This document shows, piece after piece, positions 56,142 through 64,000 of a stretch of 64,000 bases of DNA. Numbering within the stretch: position 1 is the stretch's first letter; each line of letters opens with the position of its first letter. The position numbers were made by a program, and so were the translations under genes. The notes under the pieces were generated by a model. That model searched no databases. It was not told the DNA's origin and saw nothing but the letters and a program-made list of their open reading frames with translations. The DNA comes from Sulfolobales archaeon HS-7 (lineage in GTDB: Archaea; Thermoproteota; Thermoprotei_A; Sulfolobales; Sulfolobaceae): the NCBI GenBank assembly GCA_019704295.1, contig AP024596.1:1728001-1792000 (forward strand). Reading direction: 5' to 3'.

Positions 56142-56722
56142 ATAAAATTATCCCTTACAGTTATTATTTTCCCTTCTCTCATTACAACGTAACCGGTGTC
56201 GTTGTACAAGTTTCTGGTGTATGTAAGACATCCCGCGTTAATACAACGAATAGAACGGAATTCCATGAGTGCGTGGGAATGTCCTAAGATAATTTCATCG
56301 GCTCTCGGGAACAAAACTCTGAAGTATAGGCAAAATAGGAATGGAGGGAGTCTACTATTGAGTTTCTTAAAGAACCTTGCGAGACTGTATTCTGCACTCT
56401 CCTTAAAGTATTGATGCCCGTGAAGGAAGACTACTTCATAACCCTTCCGTAAGATCTTTAAAACGTCAACGTCGCCATCTACACAGTCCTCATCTCCCTT
56501 AACGTACACAATTTTAGTCCTATCTCCATCTACTTGTAAAACCGATTTAAATGAGTCAAAATTGCAATCTCCCCCAACAATTATATCTCCCAATAATATT
56601 AGAATATCAGGACGCTCATCTCTGACAATTTCCCTCAATATTTCCACGTTAGTATTCGGATAGTGGATATCTGAAAGGATCAGTATTTTCTCATTGATAA
56701 TGTCTAATCTAAGTTCTCGCAA
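56096..56722 (-). CDS. Metallophosphoesterase; C-terminal ~15 aa come from the IS left end
   Basis: SDIH, LGDI, GDED, HGH and GHSH motifs. Confidence 0.85.
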   Translation of the reverse strand: MRELRLDIINEKILILSDIHYPNTNVEILREIVRDERPDILILLGDIIVGGDCNFDSFKSVLQVDGDRTKIVYVKGDEDCVDGDVDVLKILRKGYEVVFLHGHQYFKESAEYSLARFFKKLNSRLPPFLFCLYFRVLFPRADEIILGHSHALMEFRSIRCINAGCLTYTRNLYNDTGYVVMREGKIITVRDNFIDMGGSRGRKTREGG

Positions 56723-56841
56723 TCCTTGTTACAAACTTCTTAATGGAACTAAAGTTTTTCCTTAAACGGTGGAGTAAAGTATGAAATTTTGTCTAGAAAT
56801 TCATGGATGAATTTTATTTTCTGATAAGGTAAGAGAAGTAT

Positions 56842-57489
56842 ATGACCTATGTTCCCCTCTTTGTAAATGCAGATAGCTTAGACGTCTTAATAGTTGGCGG
56901 CGGAAAAGTTGCTACCAAGAGGACTCTAGAATACCTAAAGATGGGCGCTAGAGTAACAGTCTTAACCCTTGAAGCCTCAAACGACATAAGACGTTCAGCC
57001 GCCAGAGTTATAGAGGGGAATGGGTACGATTTAACAGAGAACGGATTAAAGAACTTTAACTTAGTTATTACCGCTACAAACGATAAAAAATTAAACGAAC
57101 GGATATGTGATATGGCCAAGAAAATGAAAGTAATATGTAATAACCCTACCTCCCCTGAACACTCGAATTGCATCTTCCCAATACATTATTACGATAAGAA
57201 CTTTTCAATTGCAATAACGACATATGGTAAATCCTCCTTAGTGGCGAAACTTCTCTTAGATAAGATTAAGACCGAGCTATACGCGAACGAGTATATAGTC
57301 AATTTACTTGATACGATGTATAACGTCAAGTTAACCCTCAAAGAGAAGGAGGAGGATCCCTCGACCAGATACCGACTTTATCACGTAATATTTGAAGATC
57401 AAGAGTTTCAATCGAGTGTTAAAAAAGGGGATAAGGATTCGGCAATGAAGAGGGCTGAGGAGATAATAAATGGCACAATTGGTCAATAA
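56842..57489 (+). CDS. Precorrin-2 dehydrogenase / sirohydrochlorin ferrochelatase (SirC/Met8/CysG-N type)
   Basis: YVPLF, VGGGKVA.KR, ATND and ITTYGKS. Confidence 0.9.
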   Translation: MTYVPLFVNADSLDVLIVGGGKVATKRTLEYLKMGARVTVLTLEASNDIRRSAARVIEGNGYDLTENGLKNFNLVITATNDKKLNERICDMAKKMKVICNNPTSPEHSNCIFPIHYYDKNFSIAITTYGKSSLVAKLLLDKIKTELYANEYIVNLLDTMYNVKLTLKEKEEDPSTRYRLYHVIFEDQEFQSSVKKGDKDSAMKRAEEIINGTIGQ

Positions 57490-58720
57490 CATAATAGGAA
57501 ATTACGGCTTGATCTCAGTTACATATAGACAGGTACCCATAACTAAACTTGGGGAACATTACATTAAGGAGAACGAAGTAAAGTATCTCAGAAATATCAC
57601 CCAAGGAGAGTTCTTTTTATTACAGACATGTAATAGGATTGAAATATATGTTTTTTCAACTTCAGTTAACGACGAGATAGAGAAGCTCATAACCACTATT
57701 AATGAGTTTCATGGAGAGGATATCGGAAAATATGCGATAATTAGTTACGGAAAGGATGTAGTAGATCATGCCTTTAAGGTAGCTGCAGGCTTGGATTCCT
57801 TATCATTAGGTGAGTACGAGATTTTGGGTCAGATATCTCAATCCTTAAAATATATGGAGGAGAGGGGGATGTCAGGAAAATACATTTCATTGCTTTTTGA
57901 GAGGGCTATAAAGGCAGGTAGAAGAATCAGGATAGAAACCGAACTCTCTCGTGGTAAGGTTGGTGTATACTCTTTGGCCTTTGAACTAGTTAAAGAGAAA
58001 ATCGATCTCAGAAGAGCAAAAGTACTTGTTATTGGAGCAGGCAACTTCGCTGAAAAAATTTTGTCCTTTTTGAAGGAGTTAGAAGCAAAGGATACTACTA
58101 TTATGAATAGAACGGTGGAGAGAGGAGTAGATCTCGCTCGACGTTATAACGTAAAGTTCCTCCCGTTAAATTTGAACTCGTTAGGAAATTATGACGTAAT
58201 ATTCTCTGCAGCTCCTGTGGGAAGGGACATAAAGCTCGATTCCAGAACACTCACGATCGACTTCTCCGTTCCCCCCTCCTTCGTTGGCGATAACGTAATA
58301 ACACTTGATGAACTTAGAGATATATCCGAGAGGAATTACTCGTTACGGAAAACCGTATTAGGAGAGGCAGAACGAATATTGATAGAGGAAGAGGAGAATT
58401 TCACTAAAGAGATATTGGATGAAATTTACGACTCTTACATTTCAACAATGATGCAGAGAATCGAGCGAATAAGACGTTCACAAGTGGATAGAGCTAAATC
58501 AGAACTGATGAAAAAAGGGGTTTCCTCCCCTTACGTATTTGAGATTATTGATGTAATGACTAGGTCTATAACGCAGAAGGCGATGGATCCAGTATTTCAG
58601 AAGTTGAAAGGGATGATCATGGAAGGTAATTTAACCATGGCCGAGGAAATCACTAAAATATTTGGTGAGGTAAATGGTGGAATATCCGACTCTAAGACCG
58701 AGAAGACTGAGAAAAAATGA
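57470..58720 (+). CDS. hemA: Glutamyl-tRNA reductase
   Basis: LQTCNRIEIY, GLDSLSLGEYEILGQ and IGAG. Confidence 0.95.
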   Translation: MAQLVNNIIGNYGLISVTYRQVPITKLGEHYIKENEVKYLRNITQGEFFLLQTCNRIEIYVFSTSVNDEIEKLITTINEFHGEDIGKYAIISYGKDVVDHAFKVAAGLDSLSLGEYEILGQISQSLKYMEERGMSGKYISLLFERAIKAGRRIRIETELSRGKVGVYSLAFELVKEKIDLRRAKVLVIGAGNFAEKILSFLKELEAKDTTIMNRTVERGVDLARRYNVKFLPLNLNSLGNYDVIFSAAPVGRDIKLDSRTLTIDFSVPPSFVGDNVITLDELRDISERNYSLRKTVLGEAERILIEEEENFTKEILDEIYDSYISTMMQRIERIRRSQVDRAKSELMKKGVSSPYVFEIIDVMTRSITQKAMDPVFQKLKGMIMEGNLTMAEEITKIFGEVNGGISDSKTEKTEKK

Positions 58721-59684
58721 ACATGTAAGAAAATTGGTTGCGGAAACCACCCTATCGCCTAATCATCTGGTTCTTCCGATATTCGTAAAGGAAATTGGTA
58801 ACAGTAAGGAAGAGATCGAGAGTATGCCCGGAGTCTATAGGTATCCAGTAAATGAAGAACTAATAAAGTACATTGAAGAGGTAAAGGAGAATGGCGTAAA
58901 TTCGATTATCCTATTTGGAATTCCATCCTATAAAGACGAAATAGGCACTTCAGCAATTAAAAGGGACGGCGTAGTACAAAGTGCGTTAAAAATGATCTCA
59001 GAGACATTTGGTGAATCAATTATAAAGATAGCTGACGAGTGTATGGATGAATATACGACACATGGTCACTGCGGTTTAGTTATAGGAAATCAGAACGGTT
59101 ATAGAATAGATAATGACGAGAGCTTAAAAGTGCACGCAGATATAGCTCTATCATTAGCGGAGAGTGGAGCTGATATAGTAGCACCATCAAGTATGATGGA
59201 TGGAGTAGTCGGGAAGATCAGGGAAAAGTTGGATGCAGCAGGGTTTAATGATACTCTAATCATGGCATATTCTGCTAAATACGCTTCAGTATTTTACGGT
59301 CCTTTCAGGGAGGCTGCTACTTCGAAACCTGCTTTCGGGGATAGAAGAACCTATCAGATGGATCCGAGGAATGCAAAGGAATCGCTCAAGGAAATAGCAC
59401 TTGATGTGGAGGAGGGGGCGGATATAATCATGGTGAAGCCAGCTCATACTTATTTAGATGTAATACGACTCGTTAAGGAGAATTTTCCCCACTATCCACT
59501 AGCTGCATACCACGTTAGCGGAGAGTACTCAATGATCAGAGCTGCGGGACAAAAAGGCTGGATAGATGAAAAAGTAGCTATGATGGAAGTGACATATGCG
59601 ATAGCAAGGGCTGGAGCGGATATAATAATAACATATTTTGCTCAAGAAATAGCTAAAAGTCTTAGAGAGGGCTTTACGTTTTGA
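58674..59684 (+). CDS. hemB: Porphobilinogen synthase
   Basis: [31 protein letters not shown] and MVKPA. Confidence 0.97.
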   Translation: MVEYPTLRPRRLRKNEHVRKLVAETTLSPNHLVLPIFVKEIGNSKEEIESMPGVYRYPVNEELIKYIEEVKENGVNSIILFGIPSYKDEIGTSAIKRDGVVQSALKMISETFGESIIKIADECMDEYTTHGHCGLVIGNQNGYRIDNDESLKVHADIALSLAESGADIVAPSSMMDGVVGKIREKLDAAGFNDTLIMAYSAKYASVFYGPFREAATSKPAFGDRRTYQMDPRNAKESLKEIALDVEEGADIIMVKPAHTYLDVIRLVKENFPHYPLAAYHVSGEYSMIRAAGQKGWIDEKVAMMEVTYAIARAGADIIITYFAQEIAKSLREGFTF

Positions 59685-60922
59685 GCGAAATATTATGGAA
59701 TGAGGCGCTAAGAGTTTTCCCAGGAGGAGTAAATAGTCCTGTAAGGGCTTCAGTAAAACCTTATCCGTTCTATGTTTCTCGTGCTGAAGGCGCTTATCTG
59801 TATACCGAAGAAGGACGAAGACTCATAGATTACGTCTTAGGATACGGTCCCTTGTTTTTAGGTCACGCAAATAGTTTTGTTAAAGAAAGAGTAATTCAGC
59901 AACTCGAAAAGGGATGGCTTTACGGCACACCGTCTCGAGCAGAACTCGAGCTTGCAAATCACATAATCCGTAGTATTACCTCAATTGAAATGATAAGGTT
60001 CGTTAATAGCGGAACGGAGGCCACTATGACAGCCATAAGACTAGCGAGAGGCTTTACGAAGAGAGAAAAAATTCTTAAATTTATTGGATGCTACCATGGT
60101 GCACACGATTACGCATTAATCTCTCCAGGAAGTGCAGCAGTTGACGTAAAAACATCAGGAATACCTTCATCAGTCATAGATACTGTGGCGTTATGTCACT
60201 TTAACGATATTGAGTGCGTCGAGAGGACGTTAAAGAAGGAGGATATCGCTGGAGTAATTGTGGAACCAGTTATGGGGAACATGGGAGTTATATTGCCGGA
60301 TCCCGAATTTCTTAAATCTCTTAGAGAGTTCACTTTAACTTACAACTCAGTCTTGATTTTTGACGAAGTAATTACTGGTTTTCGTCTGGGCTTAGGAGGC
60401 GCTCAGGATGTATATAAGTTAAGGGCAGATCTAACTACTCTAGGGAAGATAATTGGCGGGGGTTTGCCTATAGGTGCTGTGGGTGGTAAACGAGAAATCA
60501 TGGAAATGCTCTCACCAGCTGGAAACGTATTCAATGCTGGAACATTCAACGCTAATCCACTCTCTATGGTAGCTGGTTCAGCTTCTCTTGAGTTTTTAGA
60601 AAGGGAGAAGCCATATAGTATAGCCGATAAGGCGGCTAAAGAAGTATATGAGGAACTAGACCGAATTACGGTTAAACATGTTATAAATAGAATTAATAGT
60701 ATGATGCAGATATTTTTTGGTATAGATTCGGTTAGAAATGCTGACGATGCTAGGAAGGCTAATAAAGGCGTTTATATGAAGTTGCAGGTCGAACTGTTAA
60801 AACGCGGAATTTTCCTACCCCCAAGCCAGTTTGAGACAATATTCACTTCTGTAGCTCATGATGATACTGTAATTAATGAAAGTATCGATGTAATTAGGAT
60901 AGCTAAGAGGGAGCTCGAATGA
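59681..60922 (+). CDS. hemL: Glutamate-1-semialdehyde 2,1-aminomutase
   Basis: [27 protein letters not shown] and GKIIGGGLP. Confidence 0.97.
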   Translation: MSEILWNEALRVFPGGVNSPVRASVKPYPFYVSRAEGAYLYTEEGRRLIDYVLGYGPLFLGHANSFVKERVIQQLEKGWLYGTPSRAELELANHIIRSITSIEMIRFVNSGTEATMTAIRLARGFTKREKILKFIGCYHGAHDYALISPGSAAVDVKTSGIPSSVIDTVALCHFNDIECVERTLKKEDIAGVIVEPVMGNMGVILPDPEFLKSLREFTLTYNSVLIFDEVITGFRLGLGGAQDVYKLRADLTTLGKIIGGGLPIGAVGGKREIMEMLSPAGNVFNAGTFNANPLSMVAGSASLEFLEREKPYSIADKAAKEVYEELDRITVKHVINRINSMMQIFFGIDSVRNADDARKANKGVYMKLQVELLKRGIFLPPSQFETIFTSVAHDDTVINESIDVIRIAKRELE

Positions 60923-61800
60923 AAATAAGGGTAGCTGCGAGAGGAAGCCTCCTAAGCAGAATACAAGCGGAAAAAGTCATTCACAAACTCAACGAATACG
61001 GTCTCCAAACAGAACTAATTGAAGTACGGACTAGAGGTGATAGAAACCAGGATGCTCCCCTCTACACTTTAGGAAAAGGGGTGTTTGAGAAAGAGGTAAA
61101 CCTAGCTGTATTACAGGGAATCGCCGATATCGCTGTTCATAGTATGAAGGACCTCCCCACAGATCTTGTGGACGGACTCTCTATTGCAGCCGTATTGGAC
61201 AGAGATCCACCATTTGACGCAATTGTTGGCAAATCTTTGTTGTCTTTAGATCAAGGTGACGTGGTAGGCACCAGCAGTATAAGAAGGAAAAATATGATAT
61301 TGGCATATAATAATCAATTACAAATTAAGGAGATAAGGGGAAACGTAGACACGCGAATTAGGAAGTTGAAAGAGGGAGATTACGACGCCTTAATTTTAGC
61401 CGAAGCTGGGTTGAGACGGATAGGGGAAAATGGATTTGAGAGAATTGATCCCAAAATCGTAACGCCTGAAGCTAATCAGGGGATAATAGCTATTATAACC
61501 ACTGAAAATTCCAAGGTAAGAGAGTACGTGAAGGAACTTAATAACGAGGATGTAATGATTGAGGCTATTGCAGAAAGAGCAGTAGTTAACAAGCTAAAAG
61601 GAGGATGTAATGTGCCGCTTGGCGTACTGTTTAAAAAGGAGGATGGTAAACTATTCGGAATTGCTGGTTATGCGTCCGATTTTAAGAAAGTTACAGTAGA
61701 CATTACGTGGAAATCTACAGAACCTGAAGAGGCCGGTTCAAGATTAGGAAAAATACTAGTTGAGGCAATGAAAAATGAAGGTATTGTTCTTAAGACCTGA
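60919..61800 (+). CDS. hemC: Hydroxymethylbilane synthase
   Basis: [29 protein letters not shown] and GGCNVP. Confidence 0.97.
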   Translation: MKIRVAARGSLLSRIQAEKVIHKLNEYGLQTELIEVRTRGDRNQDAPLYTLGKGVFEKEVNLAVLQGIADIAVHSMKDLPTDLVDGLSIAAVLDRDPPFDAIVGKSLLSLDQGDVVGTSSIRRKNMILAYNNQLQIKEIRGNVDTRIRKLKEGDYDALILAEAGLRRIGENGFERIDPKIVTPEANQGIIAIITTENSKVREYVKELNNEDVMIEAIAERAVVNKLKGGCNVPLGVLFKKEDGKLFGIAGYASDFKKVTVDITWKSTEPEEAGSRLGKILVEAMKNEGIVLKT

Positions 61801-62437
61801 TCCCTCTTTCAGTTATCAGGGATATAACGATATAACCAGTGTAAACCTCAGTATTATTACACCATATTGTATTCCGCACGAGGAACCTATAGAAATGTTT
61901 GATGGAGTTGTTTTCTTCAGTATTAACGCGGTTAAGTGTTTCAAAGGCTTAGAAAAAATTGTCTCAAAAAAGGTATTCGCAATAGGAGAAACGACGGCAA
62001 CCGCATTAAAGTCCAATAGGATAAAGGCTGAATATCCAGAGGATTTCACAAGTTCCAGTCTTGCTAGACTTTTACTCTTAAGCGATGTAAAAAGCGTTAT
62101 TGCATTCAGAAGCATGAAGGCTAATGACATTCTTAAGAAAGCGTTAACTGGTAAAATCCGTTATAGAGAGGAATACAACTATGACGTAAAACTCAATGAA
62201 GGTGAACTTGAAAAAGCGAGGAAGATCCTTAGAAACTGTGAGGTAGACGTTGTAGTACTAACAAGCGAAATGATAGCTAGTTTGGTAAAGGACTCATTAT
62301 CATCTTGTGTAAAAGTTGTTTCAATAGGTCCTGTAACCTCCAGGGCGTTGGGGGAACTAAGTTATATAGAAGCTAAACGACATGATATTACTGGTGTAGA
62401 TGAAGTATTAAAGGAGTTGAGCAGAAATGGACGTTAG
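61775..62437 (+). CDS. hemD: Uroporphyrinogen-III synthase
   Basis: LRP, FFS.NAV, AIGETTA, TS and IGPVT; operon position after hemC. Confidence 0.9.
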   Translation: MKVLFLRPDPSFSYQGYNDITSVNLSIITPYCIPHEEPIEMFDGVVFFSINAVKCFKGLEKIVSKKVFAIGETTATALKSNRIKAEYPEDFTSSSLARLLLLSDVKSVIAFRSMKANDILKKALTGKIRYREEYNYDVKLNEGELEKARKILRNCEVDVVVLTSEMIASLVKDSLSSCVKVVSIGPVTSRALGELSYIEAKRHDITGVDEVLKELSRNGR

Positions 62438-62696
62438 ACCGGAGGTCATCGAACTTCTCATAAAAGTGTTGAAAAAAGTGGATCCAACTTACATCAAGGA
62501 TACGTTGGAACTAGAGTTCCTTCAAGAAAGAGAGGATAAGTTTGATACTTTTGGTAGATTTAAAAGCTCTTCAGGATACTACGAGTTTGCTATAAGTTTT
62601 GATAAGAAAGGTAACATAAAGAGAAGTCACGTAAACTTAATTTCTCCCTACAAGATAAGGGATGAACTAGAAAAGAAAATGTATAAAAAAGAGTGA
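62427..62696 (+). CDS. Hypothetical protein
   Basis: 89-aa ORF overlapping the end of hemD. Confidence 0.7.
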   Translation: MDVRPEVIELLIKVLKKVDPTYIKDTLELEFLQEREDKFDTFGRFKSSSGYYEFAISFDKKGNIKRSHVNLISPYKIRDELEKKMYKKE

Positions 62697-62703
62697 TTAT
62701 TTT

Positions 62704-64000
62704 TTGGATAAGACTATACTACTGGTAATTGATGGCGCGTCATATGTTATACTAAAAGAGATAATAAATGAACTACCTAATATAAGGGATATTGCAAACA
62801 CTGGAATTTTCGGTGAGATGGAGAGCGTATATCCTGCGTTAACTCCAGTAGCCCTCGCTTCACTTTTTACAGGAGTTAACCCAGAGTCGCATGGCGTAAA
62901 CGGTAACAAGATATTCGTTAGAGGGAGGAGTATCTCTAAACCGATTTCGGCATTTTCGAGTTATTCCCTTCAAGTAGAGCCTATATGGTCTACATTGTCT
63001 AAACACGGTTACAAAGTTTTAGTTGGCTCTGCTCCACAGGCTTTACCTGATAGATGGAAGTTGGAATCCCTTCTCCTCTTTGATCCCTATAGGGCAAAGA
63101 TTAAAGGATGTTCGGAACCCCTATTACTAAGCGAAGGTGAACGTAAGTACCTCTCCTCCACGTTCATAGTAAAAAGAGCCGACAATGGGTTTATCGTTAG
63201 CCTAGATGGTAACGAGAACGTTGTTGACCAGAACTCGTGGGTAGGTCCAATTGAAGCAAACGTGGAGTGCAGGGAGGTAGACTTTACGGCGATATTCTGG
63301 TTGAAGGCGTTTAGTAGAGGGGTTTACGTTACTCCATTTGTCTATTTTCAATCGAACTGGTCTAATAGGGAGGAGAAGAAACTAGTTTGGGAAAACGTGT
63401 TCAAAAGAACTCCTCCAATTCTTGACGGGGACTATAGAAGTTTAGAGAGGGGACTAATCACGTTTGACGAATATTTACAGACATTAGAAGCATCAAGTAA
63501 ATTCTTTACCGTCTACAACACATATTTATTAGACGCTTTCCAATGGGATTTCGCAATAGTTTATACACCTATCATTGATAACATTCAGCATTTGCTCTAC
63601 GGGGTTGATGACCAGTTTAGACATATAAAACAGGCTTACGCGATGGTTGATAATTTTGTAGGGATAGTGAAAGACAGATGTGACAACTTATTTCTAGTTT
63701 CAGATCACGGTATAGCTAAAGTCAAGAAGAAAATACATCTAAATCTAATCCTAAGGGAGATGAATTTACTTCATATGGATGGGGATGGGATAGATGAAAA
63801 GAAGACTAAGGCTTACTACGGCGGTGGAGGCGCAATAAGAGTAAATTTACGCGGAAGGGAGAGGAATGGGGTAGTAAGTAGAAGAGAATTTCCTCGTCTA
63901 ATCAACTACATCGTATCGCAATTGGAGAGAGTTATTGAAGATAATGAATCCATTTTCCAAACAATAATAGCCAACGAAACTCCTGCCGGTGATAGGGAAG
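62704..64000 (+). CDS. Alkaline-phosphatase superfamily (nucleotide pyrophosphatase/phosphodiesterase) protein, 3'-truncated; absent from the ORF track
   Basis: TTG start; MDKTILLVIDGAS...SVYPALTP...SLFTG.NPESHGV; later DNIQH and VSDHG. The frame is open to the window end. Confidence 0.88.
   Translation, partial: MDKTILLVIDGASYVILKEIINELPNIRDIANTGIFGEMESVYPALTPVALASLFTGVNPESHGVNGNKIFVRGRSISKPISAFSSYSLQVEPIWSTLSKHGYKVLVGSAPQALPDRWKLESLLLFDPYRAKIKGCSEPLLLSEGERKYLSSTFIVKRADNGFIVSLDGNENVVDQNSWVGPIEANVECREVDFTAIFWLKAFSRGVYVTPFVYFQSNWSNREEKKLVWENVFKRTPPILDGDYRSLERGLITFDEYLQTLEASSKFFTVYNTYLLDAFQWDFAIVYTPIIDNIQHLLYGVDDQFRHIKQAYAMVDNFVGIVKDRCDNLFLVSDHGIAKVKKKIHLNLILREMNLLHMDGDGIDEKKTKAYYGGGGAIRVNLRGRERNGVVSRREFPRLINYIVSQLERVIEDNESIFQTIIANETPAGDRE

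Overview
This is 64 kb of AT-rich archaeal chromosome, very likely from a Sulfolobales member. That call rests on the crenarchaeal SSB, PriX, the aapE/aapX-like pair next to ppa, hexaprenyl-PP synthase, and an A1-U72 initiator tRNA. Most of the window is housekeeping: Aap pilus ATPase and Fe-S partner, ppa, thiDN, a moaD-moaE fusion, moeA, PDO/trxB, metB/thrB, lipid and quinone genes, serA, rpoK, cdc48-fen, a PadR/ABC exporter and the sirC-hemABLCD operon. There are three tRNAs (Leu-GAG, initiator Met, Val-TAC) and two good C/D-box sRNA candidates. The intergenic DNA holds a frameshifted IS200/IS605 tnpB element (54723-56141) and four ~280-315 bp protein-free mini-elements (4155, 8241, 16608, 43464), all on the minus strand. 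Each has a TTTAT/TTTAA-like site before the left end, a TATA-like box, a segment resembling the omega-RNA scaffold at the tnpB 3' end, and a TTCAC-like right end. They look like stand-alone omega-RNA (guide) loci with damaged transposase hairpins. Other points of interest are an ATA-initiated FEN1, a tRNAiMet-C/D sRNA tandem, a promoter-linked structured RNA at ~15.6 kb, and an RHH/V4R-like gene pair heading a DUF1464-NTase-CitG-phosphoesterase operon. Dispersed pterin genes alongside that operon may point to modified-folate biosynthesis. Family assignments come from motif recognition and memory, not database searches.
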